From NCBI RefSeq assembly GCF_006345805.1, contig NC_043000.1, forward strand, positions 85,560,001 through 85,624,000: a stretch of 64,000 bases of DNA. Direction: 5' to 3'. The notes under the pieces were generated by a model, which was not told the origin of the DNA, ran no database searches, and saw only the letters and a list, made by a program, of their open reading frames with translations. The stretch is from Octopus sinensis (Eukaryota). This document shows positions 44,561 through 58,078 of this stretch, in pieces. The stretch's first letter is position 1; each line of letters begins with the position of its first letter. The position numbers and the translations under genes are program-made.

Positions 44561-45715
44561 TATAAAGAGAAGTCAAAAATTATCAATCTTTTGCCAAAAC
44601 TTCTTTTAGGTTAGCTACACTGCCTTCAGCGCTCACATACTAAAAGGTGGTACTCTTCTGGTGACCTAACCATGGTTTGGCCTTGATCGATCCAGTTTTC
44701 TTTCTTTACAGAGTAAATATGGCTGCTCTACTTGCAGTGTACATCAAGTAAGGACAGAGGTCAGTGATCCACTTTCTCTGTTCTGAAGGTGTTCCAGGGA
44801 CTGAAATTCATTGCAGACTTTCAGTACAGCATAGGGACAGTGCTCTATTGACTATGAGTGTGTATGAGAGGATCAAGAAGTTTAAAAGTGGCCAGACAAA
44901 CATGAAGCACCAAGAACAGGACATCCATGACTGACATGAAGATTCAACAAGCTTGAGAGATGGTTCTGTCGAACTGACAAGTAATTATCGATGAGCTGGC
45001 ATGTTCTCTGCAAAGTAGTCATGATTTTGCATATGAAATCTTCTACAACAAGCTTCACTTCTATGAAGTCTGCATAATGGGTGCCAAAAACGCTTACTGA
45101 AGCACACAATCACAATTGTGTGGGGATATACCAAGGCTTACTCAGCTGCTACAACATTGAAGATGAAGCTTTTTGTATGTTTTTGGAAAGAATAGTCACA
45201 GGAGATGATACCTGGGTCCATCACGTTGAGTTAGAATCCAAAAGGCAGCGTATGGAGCAGAAACACCTAGAATTGCCAGTATAAAAGAAATCCACAACTA
45301 AACCTCCAACAGAAAAAGTGATACTAACCAATTTGGGGGATGCAAAAGAGCCTATACTGGGACATTACCTGGAAAAGGGGTTCAGTGTATATTACATTGA
45401 AAAGTTGACTATCAATCTGAAACCAGCAATTTGCACCAAATGCCAAGGTCTGTTGTCAAATCAATCACAACAATGCACACCCACGTATGGCTGCCCACCA
45501 TTAAAACCAAATCATTTACAAGGTCATTGATTTGCCATGGATAAGAAGCACAGGATGTGGTGCGTAAATAGTTGCGCAACCAGCCAAAAACCTTCTTCTC
45601 CAATGGAATAAGCAAGCTTATGAACCACTAGAAGTGATGCATCAAAAAGCAAAGAGACCATATCAAAAAATAATGTAATTTGTTCAATCCCTTTTGTTTT
45701 GATGAATTATAGAAA
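44561..45715 (+). mobile_element. Degenerate mariner (DD34D) transposon
   Basis: WVPKTLTEAH...LERIVTGDDTWVHH.ELESKRQRME match mariner WVPxxL and IVTGDETW motifs. Probable left TIR at ~44561. Confidence 0.88.
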
Positions 45716-46029
45716 CAAGACACACACACATATATAGATAGATAGATTTGTATGTATATATATGTGCGTGTGTACATGCATGTATTTACACTATTATTAA
45801 AACATTCTTACAAAAGGAGAGGGCTTCAACAGACCTCTGTCAAAAACTCCCTATGGCAGACAATTAATAACAACAGACACAAACACATATTTGGAACTTA
45901 GAAAAAAATATCCAGCAGACATTGGGCCTCTAAGATTAAAGCCAGACAAAAGGACTTTGGAAAGACCCTTCAATTATTCTATTTCTAAAAATGTGGAAAC
46001 TGAATTAATGGGCCTACTCAAAACCCAAG

Positions 46030-48555
46030 ATAAGTGACTCCTCCCTTTTTTGTTTCTCCGATAAATATGGCTTTCTCAGAGTGGGGTATGTGAATGTATG
46101 TGGCTTGAGGTCAGCTTGGAAGCAAGTTCATTTGTTCATCAACCTCAGATCACTCGAATTAAATGTAGCCACAATTAATGAAACAAAGATTTCTAACATG
46201 CAAGCACTAGTGCTCATTTTCAATGACTATGAGATATTCTCATCTTGTCTATCAGGAGCAGACAGCAAGATAGCAGTGCTGTTCTGAAAATCCTTAGAGC
46301 TCAAAGTACAGGCAATTTTCTTCAGCCTGGATGGTATGTTGGTAGTCCTGGATGTTAGCAGCAGTGAAGTGGTGTGTTTAGACTGTTGGCTGTTTATGCC
46401 CCAATGTCTCACACTTTAATACTAGTGGTGGACTGGAATAGTATTTTGGACACACGGAGGGACTGTGTGGTGCTAGTACATAGCAGAAGTAAGTGCAAAA
46501 GCCTCAAAAACCTGCTCAGAAACTTCCAGCTGTCTGACAGGCATCAACTGAATTTCCCTGATGTGCCAATGTGAACATGAAGCACACAGATCATGGTAGT
46601 CTGGTCAGGGAAGTACAAATGTGCATAATCCCAAACAAGTCTATACACGATAACCTCCACTTTATGCGATACATCATAGAGATAGCTGGGACTAAAGCTG
46701 TCTTCCATAGAGCTCTGATCATTTGGAGCAATCCAAGGTATTTGATAGGGTCATTACTTAGAAGCCCTCCTGAAAGTGGCTGGTTTCAGGCCCGTTTTCA
46801 GAAACTGGATTGCTGCAATGCACAGTGATACCTGCTCAGTGGTCAAAGTAAACAACCACCTATTGGAAGTGTTTTGCATTGCATGCTTGGTCTGTCAGGG
46901 CTGCCCACTGTCACCTCTTCTATACATGTTGGCTCTTAAATCACTGCTACAGAAATTGGAACAGTTCAAACTGGGACACAGGAGGGCAGTGTCAGCATAT
47001 ATGAATGACATCATTGTCATGATGTGGAGACAGTTGGCACCATTCTAAAGTAATATGTCAGTTGTAGGAGCCAAAATCAACACCGACAAGTTGGTGGGCT
47101 TCCAGCTGGGTACCTTGAGACATAGATCAATGACATTGGAAAGCATCATTGGATGCTAGATGACAGACCAATTAAACTGCTCAGGGTCTAGTTCAGTCCT
47201 GACTATGAGGTGGATAAGAACTGGGATGAGGTAACAAACAAGGTGAGTATAGTCTTACCCAGAAGCAGGCTGAGAGGAAGCTCTCCCTGAAAGCTTGAGC
47301 AGAGGGGATGAATGCCTACATTGTCACCATCATCATTTATTGCCTGACCATTGTGGCTTGTTTTGGTCACTGCTTAACCAGATTGGAGCATCTCTTATTT
47401 AATTTCTTGTGAAAGCAATGCATTCTAATGGTCAGGCAGCCATTCTGCTATTAGCACCCTCTGAGTGGCAGTTTAGACATGCTATGGCTTTGATGTTCAG
47501 ACACTTACTCAGATTGTGTTGCCTGCAACAATTTCTGGACATGTGTGGACTCCGTTTGTGAGGCACATCTTTCCACAGCTCATCTTCTTGATAGAGCTGC
47601 AGTCCTGGGTGAAGAAAAGCCTGAGATTGTGCACCTGACACCTAGAATATCGTTAAGCACTCACAACCCTCTACAAGTTGAGCAGTGGGACTGGTGGATG
47701 TTTTGCTTTAGCAATATGTAGAGATTTAGTGGTTGAGAAATGCAATGATATTCTTGGGGAGACTCAGAGCATCGATGGGAACAAACTGGCTAGTCTGTTC
47801 TGGAGAACTTTCTGGTCAGGGACTACCATGGATAATTTCCAGATGTCTTGGTCTGGCAGTGCTACTGAGGAGCACTACTGGTTTGAGATAAACTCTACAG
47901 TCATAGATGTGCTGTCAGAGGTATGTGCACATTGATGAAACCGTACTGTGTCCAGGCATTGCTGACCTGAGGAGTTATGTCAAACAGCTGTTGTTGTGTG
48001 TGGGACAGAGTGGTCTGTCATAGTGATTTCTCCATCACCTTCCTTTAACCAGGCAGGTAAAGCAATTTTCCTTTGCTTGATGGTTCTGACATAAGAGGTT
48101 GTTTGGTAGACAAGGTTGAAAGCCCAACTTTTTCATGTTTCACTTGAAAAGGAAAATGAGTGTGGAGGTGCTGTTCATGAGTGAATTTATTAAAAGATGG
48201 GTAAAAGTTGCAAAAATAGCAAGAGTGGATGGTACCACTCTAGGTATAGACCTGTGAATCAGAGAACAGGAATTGGAGAGGCCCTTGCCTTCTTGTTCTG
48301 AGAGATCTTGGACTGTGGGGTTCCTTGATTATTCCTAGAGGTCCTCCTGTATCAGGAGGACCACTTCACTCATCCTCTCCACTTTTTTGCTTTTACTGTT
48401 GTATACTATGTATACAACAGTATACATAGTTTTATTGTATATCATGTTTATAAATAATCATTTCACTATATGTAAACCCCCACTCTTTATATCTGTCTTT
48501 TATATTGTCTCCCTTGTCTTTCACCATGATGGCAAATAAAAGAAATTATTATTAA
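46030..48555 (+). mobile_element. Degenerate Tx1/L1-type LINE ORF2 with internal deletion and 3' end
   Basis: VGYVNVCGLRS...INETK (endonuclease), RLLAVYAP, IPNKSIHDNLHFMRYI, CQGCPLSPLLYMLA...AYMNDI (RT). Ends in AATAAAAGAAATTATTATT. Confidence 0.88.
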
Positions 48556-49040
48556 TGATGATATTGTAGCCAAATTACCAAATGGTTTTTTATGTCAGAA
48601 GTGGAGATTCAAATCTTGCAATCTTCAGAAGTGCCTATATGGAATAGTATGCCCCACCCCCTTTTTTTTGTCACTGGAGGCTGAATGTGTCATGTCTGTT
48701 TTACTGGTATGCGGGCTAAATGAAGTTCATGAAATGAATCACTCAGGTTAAACCCAGAGAGAAGAGTATTTATTTTATCAGAAGAACTAAATTGTGACAA
48801 AATACCCAGGTCATACTATTTCATGCAGTTATCTCTATTTCAGGTTTGAAATCATTTTGTAATTTAGCATTCAGGAGATTTTATTATATTAATACAAAAA
48901 ATATACCTGCTCTATTACCTAATATATTAGTGTCTTTTTTTTTTCTTTTTCTTTTAATCATGGACTTTGAGACAACTATGTATATTTATATATCTGAATA
49001 TGTATGTACATATATATGTGTGTGTATGTGTATGTACTGT

Positions 49041-49255
49041 CATCATCATCCAATGTCCATTTTCTATGCTAGCATAGGTTTAGATGGTTAGGCCAAGAGC
49101 AGCACCAGGTGCCAATGTCTGTTGTGGCATGGCTTCTATGGCTAGATGTGCTTCCTAACACCAACCACTTTACAGAGTGTACCTGGTGCTTTTTATGTGG
49201 CACTAGTACCAGTGCTTTTTTTGTGACACTAGCACTGACTGGTTCACCAACATGT
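49041..49255 (-). mobile_element. Detached 3' end of RTE LINE family
   Basis: (CAT)n followed by TTTTCTATGCTAGCATAGG...CTTCCTAACACCAACCAC. Confidence 0.75.
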
Positions 49256-49859
49256 TTGGATATGTTTAGGCATATACAGGATAGCACAAAAATCATGCAC
49301 CACCCAAATCATGAGAAAAACCATCTATACAAAAGAAAAATAATCTTTTATTTACATAACATTTATTATCACAAAATTATTAACTCACAACCAAAAAAAA
49401 AAGATGGTTAGAATAATTGTTCTAACTGAATTTCCTCACATTCATTAGATTTCTGAAAACAAAACAAATTGAATTTTATACATTATTCGAGACTTCAGTA
49501 TCAATCTTTGTACGTTGAATTCCAATGTTTTCTTTTTAATTCTTCAACACTTCTCAGATGAGTTGTATAGACAATAGACTTAAGATGCCTCTATAGGTAA
49601 AAGTCAAGGGGATTTTGGTCTGTGGACCTCGGAGGCCAAGACACAGGACATCATCTGCCAATCCAATGATTAGTGAAATTAAAGATTTAAAATTTTCTGA
49701 CATGGTTTTAAAATAAAAACAATCATCATTTTATGAACATTTATCATATTTACTTTTAAAAAAATAGCAAATATGAAAATGTTATGGCAAAGTATTATTT
49801 TACTGGTGTGCAATTTTTACACTATCATGTATATAGATGTTTGTATTTTTATGTTTGTA

Positions 49860-49945
49860 TTGATGTATATACATGTTTGTGTATGTGTATATATCTATGT
49901 ATGTGTATGTGTATATATCTTTATATATGTATGTGTGTGTGTGTA

Positions 49946-50002
<57 letters not shown>

Positions 50003-50056
50003 ATATATATATATATATATTATATATATATGTGTGTTATATATAATATATATATA

Positions 50057-50136
<80 letters not shown>

Positions 50137-50208
50137 TGTGTGTGTATATATATACATATATGTGTGTGTATATATATACATATATGTGTGTGTATATATA
50201 TATATATA

Positions 50209-50257
<49 letters not shown>

Positions 50258-50345
50258 ATATATATATATATAATATATATGTGTGTGGTGTATATATATA
50301 TATATGTGTGTGTGTGTATATTATATATATATGTGTGTGTGTATG

Positions 50346-50376
<31 letters not shown>

Positions 50377-50389
50377 TATATATATATAT

Positions 50390-50435
<46 letters not shown>

Positions 50436-50469
50436 ATATATATATATATATATTGTGTGTGTACTTGTA

Positions 50470-50509
<40 letters not shown>

Positions 50510-50526
50510 GTGTATGTACTTGTATC

Positions 50527-50568
<42 letters not shown>

Positions 50569-50620
50569 GTGTATGTACTTGTATCTATATATATGTATGT
50601 GTATATATATATGTACTTAC
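49860..50620. repeat. ~760-bp compound (TA)/(TG) microsatellite
   Basis: Direct reading. It is the source of the spurious YIYI/CVCV ORFs. Confidence 0.97.
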
Positions 50621-50626
50621 ATGTAT

Positions 50627-50860
50627 CTTCATCAACACCATTACCATCCATTTTCTATGTTGGCATGGGTCAGCTGGTTTGCCAAGCCAATAAACCAAAG
50701 GACTGCATCATATACTAAAGTCTTCTTTGGCATGGTTTGTATGGCTGGATGTCTTTCCTACCACCACCCACTTCACAGAATGTACTGAGTATTTTTTACA
50801 TTGTGTACTTTTTACTATGGAGGTCACTAAGTAACTCACAAGACTCTCTCAATTGTGAGG
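50627..50860 (-). mobile_element. RTE 3' end (probably belongs with 51190-52920)
   Basis: TTTTCTATGTTGGCATGGG...GCTGGATGTCTTTCCT. Confidence 0.7.
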
Positions 50861-50869
50861 GATGGCTCA

Positions 50870-51185
50870 GTGGTTGGAGCATTGGGTTCATAATCACGAG
50901 GTAGTGAGTTCAATTCTCAGACCAAGCTGTGTGTTGTGCTCTTGAGCAAGACATTTTATTTCACATTGCTCCAGTCCACTCATCTGTAGAAATGAGTTGT
51001 GATGTTACTGGTGCCGAGCTCTATCTGCCTTTGCCCTGGATAACTTCACTGGCGTGGAGAGGGGAGGCTGGCATGCATGGGCAACTGTTAGTCTCCCATA
51101 AACAACTTTACCCAAACTTGTGCCTCAGAGGGGAACTTTGTAGGTGCAATCCCATGGTCATTCATGACCAAAGGGTGTCCTTTAA
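50870..51185 (+). mobile_element. tRNA-derived CORE-type SINE
   Basis: A box TGGCTCAGTGG, B box GAGTTCAATTC, CORE-like CTTGAGCAAGACATTTTATTTCACATTGCTCCAGTC. Confidence 0.85.
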
Positions 51186-51189
51186 CTTT

Positions 51190-52920
51190 ATGCCAGGTGA
51201 TGAGAAATTAAAGCATATTGCCAATCATTTTGGTCTTTTGTCATCTTCACTGTGAGGCTCAGCATCGGGGGGTTTTCTTCCTTACTTCATTCCACATCTC
51301 CCTGGGTTTCTCTCTTCCACAGGTTCCAACCCTATTTAGTGATTGGTACTTTATGTAGTAGTTCTCATCTGTATGTATTCCATGATCATACCAACAGTCT
51401 TCTCTTTTACACACTACATCTGTCACTTATGTTCACTTTTTCTCTCAAAATATGCACTTTGTCGTACATATACATTGATGTTGCACATCCAGTGGGGCAT
51501 GTTAACTTCATTTCATATGGAATTTCTACCAGCATTTTTTCTACATATTAAACAGAACCATATTCCTGAAGGGTTTGTGTTTTCCTGGTTCCTAGAACTT
51601 TGGCCTTTGCTAACTCAACTTTAAAGCCCTTTGATTCCAAGTTTTGCCTCCATGCCCAAAATTTCTTTCCTAATTCTACTGCAGATTTAGTTATAAGAAC
51701 AAGGTCATCAGCATAGAGGAGCTCATGGCCAAGAGGATTATGTTAAATACGAGGGAACTAAGAACCAAGTCCTTGTGAACTAAATCCATTGCTAACTCTC
51801 ACCTGTCACAAAATGCCAAGTACTATCGTTCGCTTACTAGAAAAAGCACATCAGAGTGCTTTTCCCTGTCAAAACCAAACTTCTTCTCATCTAGGCTAAC
51901 TCTTCCTATGGAAGCTATGCCTCTTTCTGTAATTTTCATAACCTTCTCTGATAACCTGATACCTCAGTAATTACTTCTTGCTAAGGCATCTCTACTCTTG
52001 TAAAAGTTAACCATAATGCTCCTACACAAGTCATTGGGTCTGATACCTTTCTGTACTACCTGATTTACTAAACAGGTGTAAGCCATACCCTACTACCGGA
52101 TATTTTAAGATATAATTCTTGATGGACAAGGAGCTTTCTCTGTCTTCATATCCTTAATTGCTTTAGTTATCATACTGCTGCCAACTTGGATGGTTGGGTC
52201 CACATTAGCAAGAATCTCCTTTTCCCAAGTGTACCGTCATCCATCTATACTCACTTCTTTCCCACAACATCATGATTCTTCCTGTTACACTATCTTGCAA
52301 TCTGGAGCACTTCATGCCTCTGGTCCTCATGCATTGGCTAACCTTTTCCTTTCTGTTTCTCTTCTTGCTAGATAGACCCAGCTTCTCTTCTAACTCCAAC
52401 ACTTCAAATACTTTCAAGCCTGTCTCTTTGCTTTTATGGTGGCTCTGTCTACTTCATTGTTCCACCACAATGTTATTCTTGACCTGGCTGGAACCTTGCA
52501 CCAGTCACAGATTTGGTCCATCACTCTCAATAGGTTATCTTGAAGGCCCAGATTTCTGATTGTTCACTGAATCTCTAAACTTGCATAACTTCCTTTTCCA
52601 GAATTCTCTTAGCTCTAAGTCTGAAATTGCTAGCCACTAACTTATGATGAGTTGTGCATTCCTCACCTGAGAAGGCCTTTGTATTTACAAACAACTATCT
52701 ATCCTATTTTCTAGTAATAATGTCAATCTGACTTGTGTGCATGCCAGATTTATGGCTGATCAGGTAACTGACTGGTTTCTTGAAGTTCATATTGGAAGAT
52801 CATTAGGTAATTTGCATCACAGAACTACAAGAGCCTTGTCTCCTCTTTATTTCTAGGACCAAAACCATAGCTTCCATGTACACTTAGAATCCTAACCCAA
52901 CATGTACATAACCAAATAAT
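51190..52920 (-). mobile_element. Old, internally deleted RTE LINE
   Basis: Minus-strand pieces homologous to 27200-28790 (AGAACAAGGTCATCAGCATAGAGGAGCTC = LLYADDL; TTTCCCTGTCAAAACCAAAC = FGF.GK). Confidence 0.75.
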
Positions 52921-52944
52921 TATTACAAGTATTACTGCTCAATG

Positions 52945-53270
52945 TGAAGGCGAGTAGCTTAGTAGTTAGGGTAATTGGCTCACAATTGTGAGGTTGTGAG
53001 TTTGATTCCCGGCAGCACAATGTGTCCTTGAACAAGACACCTTATTTCGCATTGCTCCAGTCCTCTCAACTGGCAAAAATGAAATATACCTGTAATTCAA
53101 AAGGCTGGCTTTGTCACATTCTGTGTTATGCTGGACCTCCCTGGGTACTATGTTAGTGGTATGCATGTCTGTGGAGTGTTCAGCCACTTGCATGTTAATT
53201 TCATGAGCAAGCTCCTCGGTTGATTGGATCGTTTGGAATCATCGTCGTTGTAACTGACAGAGTACCAGAT
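52945..53270 (+). mobile_element. tRNA-derived CORE-SINE (OR2-like) sharing its 3' half with 30461-30842
   Basis: Head TAGCTTAGTAGTTAGG...GTTTGATTCCC, CORE TGTCCTTGAACAAGACAC, and tail CCTGTAATTCAAAAGGCTGGCTTTGTCAC...GTCGTTGTAACTGACAGAGT. Confidence 0.85.
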
Positions 53271-53341
53271 TTTTTTGTTTTTTTTACTGCTCAATGAATT
53301 ACCATATCCTTCAAATCCAGAAATCCTCAAGACTAAAAAAA

Positions 53342-53510
53342 ATGTGGCATGGCTATGTGATTAAAAAGCTTGCTTTCCAACCATGTAGTTTTGTTCAATC
53401 CTACTGTATGGTACTTTTATTATAGCCCTGAGCCAACCAAAACCTTATGAGTGGAGTTAACAGACAGAAACTGAAAGAAGCCCATCATATATAGTAGGTG
53501 TGTGTTGTAT
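53342..53510 (+). mobile_element. Degenerate tRNA-derived SINE
   Basis: TGGCTATGTGATTAAAAAGCTTGC...GTTCAATCC...GAAACTGAAAGAAGCCCATCATATA. Confidence 0.65.
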
Positions 53511-53830
53511 AGAAATACCTGGTGTTGCCTGGGTTAAAAAGAATAATGGAATTTAAAAACGCCGTCTCGATTACGCAGATCTCAACTTCTAGTAGCTGAG
53601 ATACCAACTTTCTACATAAACAACTCTCCAACCCATGCAAGCATGGAGCATAGACGTTAACTGAAATGATAAAAGAAAGTTTTCAAATCATATATGTATA
53701 TATGACAGAGGTAGTAGAGAGCCAATCCAATGATAAATCTGACCTTGAATCTTGAAAGTTTGCATGAATCCTGTCTCAGTTAAATCTTTTGTGGCTCCAA
53801 ATGATGTCATCTGTAGTGCACTCAATCTGT

Positions 53831-53875
53831 AATCCACTCAATCACACGCCAGATTGGCGTGTGATTGAGTGGATT
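53831..53875. repeat. Perfect 21-bp inverted repeat with 3-nt loop
   Basis: AATCCACTCAATCACACGCCA-GAT-TGGCGTGTGATTGAGTGGATT. Confidence 0.97.
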
Positions 53876-55214
53876 TCATCCAGATAGTTTTGGCTGAGGA
53901 GCTACAAGTGGATTTTTTTGTAAGTAAAATTACATTTAATTCATTAATAGCGAAACAATTGTCCCAAAATAATCTGTATTTTTGTTATTTTTTATTTGCC
54001 CTGTCCGTGTGAGCTAACAATCGTACTGACTTTCATGGGAAACATGTATTTTTGTGGTTGAAACATTTTGGATTAACTGGTGCTAGAGTGAGCCATATAG
54101 TGACCACTCTCTTATATTTATTAATTATATATATATAATATATATATTATGTATGTGTATATATGTGTTATGTATGTGTATATATGTATATATATATGTA
54201 TGTATTATGTATGTGTATATATGTATATATATATGTATGTATATATGCATGTCTATATATTTATATTAAGGTCATTACTATATATAAATGCCTCATGCTA
54301 GGAGGGACTCTTAAAGTCAAAACTACCATAATAAACACATTGTACTGAACGCGAGGGAATGCAACTCTCAAAGCGAGCCTTTTAAAACCAGATTCAGCTG
54401 CAGATCATGTGATTTCATAATTAGTGCACAAAATGCACTTTTTAATCGTCAGTGCAAGCATAATCAAGACACATAAAAATGACCTTTTATATATATAACT
54501 AAGGGCTATAATGGTTATTTGAAAATATAAGTAAAGAGGTATCAGAGACGTTCCCTCTACAGATGAGTAAAGAGATTAGAAATTGTAACTCCAAATAAGT
54601 AGCGTAGGGTAAAAAATGTATTAGAAATGTCCAATGGAAAGACACTGCTATGTTTTAATTAAGATATAAACTGACCGTTAAAAACATTACATAGTGTGAT
54701 GTATTTTTTTTTAAATTTCATAAATGTGAATGGAGTTAATCTTGAGGAGATGGTATATAAAGGGGTAATACTAAATAGTTAATGTAAGCTAGTGTCAGGA
54801 GAAATAGAGAGGTAAGAAAGGTTAAAGAGAGAATGTGATGTATAAGTGGGACTTATCCTTGCATAAAAACTATTTGTTAGTATGTATTAAATATAAGGCA
54901 GAAAAAAATAAGTAAAAACAGAAAAAATAGTTTTAATATTACAATTTAAATAGTATATACTTCCTGTGACTATAAAGATGAAAGAGGTGAAATTGAAATA
55001 GGGAATAAAGGTAGGAATACGGAAGAAATAAATAAATCAATGTAGGGGAGATAAATGAGCTGAGATTGAAAATAGTAAATAAATAAAAAAAGTTTATTTT
55101 CTTTATGTCTTCATACATCAATATATAAAATAAACCTTTTTCTTTATTTACTATTTATATATTATGTATGTGTGTGTGTGTATATATATATATGTATGTA
55201 TATGTATATATATC

Positions 55215-55650
55215 ACGTAAAATACACCAATCCGACCGTACAACAGGCACCCATGCCAACCCCCTTTGCTTGCGAAGACATGTTGGGGCAAGCGAAATCG
55301 AATTGAACCAGCCAGGATCCCTGGTCTGGTGGTACGTAAAAAGCACTATCCGACTTGTGGCCGATGCCAGCGCCGCCTCGACTGGCTTCCGTGCCGGTGG
55401 CACATAAAATACACCAATCCGACCGTGACCGTTGCCAGCCTCGCCTGGCACCTGTGCAGGTGGCACGTAAAAAGCACCCACTACACTCACGGAGTGGTTG
55501 GCGTTAGGAAGGGCATCCAGCTGTAGAAACATTGCCAGATAAGACTGGAGCCTGGTGCAGCCTTCTGGCTTCCCAGATCCCCAGTTGAACCGTCCAACCC
55601 ATGCTAGCATGGAGAACAGACGTTAAACGATGATGATGATGATGATGATA
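55215..55650 (+). mobile_element. Young detached 3' end of RTE LINE family
   Basis: CpG-rich UTR with GTGCCGGTGGCAC units, ending GACGTTAAAC(GAT)n. Confidence 0.9.
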
Positions 55651-55656
55651 TATGTA

Positions 55657-56915
55657 TACTAGCTGTTGGACCCAGTGTTGCTCATGTTTTCCGTGTTGAA
55701 GTTAAGCCCGCCTCTGACCTGTTGAAATCTTCTACGTTCTCCATGCCAACGTTTATCCATTAAAATGTTAAATCTGGTTCAGCAAGGATTTTACTCAGTT
55801 AACGCTTTTGACATACTCTTACATACTGGACCATCTGAAATCGCAGTCAAACTTTTGGTTATACCTCAACCTGTTGAGAGTGATGTTTATTATTTCTTTT
55901 CCCTTAATGCCACCCTCTGTACAAAATTGATCAGTGTGTCCAATCTCAGCAAAATCCGAAGAAAAGTGTTAAAGTTGTGTCATAAAATAAAAGCCATGTG
56001 ACCATTTACACGAAAATATCCCATTGACTTTTAAATCCCAATACATTATATGAATAATCAATGTTTCATATGTCAAAGTGCCTAATTTTACTCATGGGTC
56101 AGTTTTTTTCAAAATCAGTTCATTATTTTATTGTGAGTGAATTTTGAAGATTTCTGCCTTTTACCAATTTAATTTTAGTTCTACTACATGACTCCAATCA
56201 TAAACTTTACCTAAAAGTCAAATTTCATCAAAATCGGGTGAATTCTGTAAAATTTACAGCATAAAATATTAATCCTATGGGTAATTGCATACAAAAATCC
56301 TATTGATTTCATAAAATCCCCCGCTCACATGCAATTAATGATTTTTGTCATCAACTAATGGACATAAACTGTAATCACATGTAAAATTTCTACAAAGTCA
56401 ATAAGAATGTCTCTAAGGAAATGCTTATTTGCATTTGTGCCCTTTTCAAGCCCTTTTGAATTGAATAAGCACCTTTAACATCTCCCCCACCATGAAATTT
56501 ACCTATGTCCCAAATTTGATTAAAATCAGATAAAAAATATAAAAAATATAAAAGTTACAGCCAATTGATTTTATAAAACCAATGCTCAGGCGCAATTATT
56601 GATTTTTTGTTGATGCCATATGCTGACATCAACTCACTGCCATGAGCCTTGCTCACTCATCGATTTTCATCGAAATCGAACAAAAAATACAAAAGTTGCA
56701 GGAAAAGTAATATAGTTATGGGAATTTCCATTGAGCTCATGGAATTTAATGCCAACTGAGCATTATCGAGTTTTCAAAAAATTCTGGGCCTTATTTGAAC
56801 TTCAGGGCATGTGATCTACCTGTGTGCCAGAAATCAATAAAATAGGTTGGAGGTGTGGGAGAAGTTAGAGTAACCCCAAATACACACACATACACCATTA
56901 CACATGTATATAGAT
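55657..56915 (+). mobile_element. Probable non-autonomous Helentron-like element (HINE type)
   Basis: Starts TACTAGCTGTTGGACCCAGTGTTGCTC, has internal direct repeats (~56290-56350 vs ~56560-56610), and ends in (CA)n..TATATAGAT. No ORF. Confidence 0.55.
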
Positions 56916-56923
56916 ATATTATG

Positions 56924-58062
56924 TACAGGGGTTGGACAAAATAATGGAAACACCTAGCATCATAGTTTTGAAATATCTATAAAACCGTCAAAAGCTTGTT
57001 TATTTATTTATTTATTTATTATTAATGTTGCTTAATATGTTTTGCTAAAATTACTGTTTCTTTTCAGATATCATCAGGAAAAGGTAATTAAAATTCATTA
57101 AAATGACAGATCTATCAGACTTTCAAAGAGGTCAGATTGTTGGTGCTCGTATGGCGGGCACTAGCATAATGAAAACAGCCGAAATGTTTGGTGTATCAAG
57201 AAGTACCATCTTGAAAATAATGACAGCCTTTGAGAAAGGGGGAAAAACCTCCTCTTCAAAACAAAACTCTGGAAGTAAACCAAAACTTTCAGATAGGGAC
57301 CGTTGGACTCTAACGCAAATTGTTAGAAAGGATCACAAACTACAGCTCCCAAAATTACTACAGAGCTTAATGACTACCTTGAGAACCCAGTTTCCACAAA
57401 AACTGTTAGCCAGGAGCTGCACAAAGCCAGATTTCACAGGAGGGCTGCGATCAGAAAACCACCACTTTCAAAAATGAACCTTGCAAAGCGTTTAGAGTGG
57501 AGTAAAAACCTACAGAATTGGTCCCTAGAGCAGTGGAAGAATGTTATTTTCTCAGATGAGTCATTCTTTACCGTATTTCCAACCACCGGCTGAGTATACA
57601 CGTGGAGACAGCCAAAAGAAACGTTTGACTTAGACTGCCTTCTTCCGACTGTTAAACATGGAGGAGGAGCTGTGATGATCTGGGGGAGCTATATCTTGGA
57701 AATCTGCTGGCCCAGTGGCAGAATTGATAGTCAAGACTATTTAAGCATTTTATCTAATCAAATTCACCCTATGGTTGTGGAACTGTTTCCGGAGAGAAAC
57801 GCAATCTTTCAGGATGATAATGCACGAATTCACACAGCTAAAGTTGTTACTGAATGGCACGAAGGACATTCTAGTGAAGTTGAACATCTTATCTGGCCAC
57901 CACAGATCTCAATATTATTGAACATTTATGGTACATTTTTGAGAAACAAGTAAGGTGCCGATATCCTCCGCCATCATCACTATAAGAACTGGAGACTGTT
58001 TTAGCTGAAGAATGGACAAAAATTCCTTTGGAAGCAATTCAAACTTCGTACGAGTCCATACC
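56924..58062 (+). mobile_element. Tc1-like (DD34E) transposon, frameshifted, 3' end missing
   Basis: TA+CAGGGGTTGGACAAAATAATGGAAAC left TIR, MTDLSDFQRGQIVGAR HTH, FSDESFF, FQDDNARIH, WPPQ..IIEHLW. It stops at a (TA)n run, and no right TIR was seen. Confidence 0.92.
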
Positions 58063-58078
58063 AGATATATATATATAT

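Noticed and set aside
49773-50788. Long ORFs (up to 334 aa) rich in YI/CV; also at 36383-37691, 43945-44365 and 61408-61893
   Set aside because: They are translations of (TA)n/(TG)n microsatellites, which lack stop codons in several frames.
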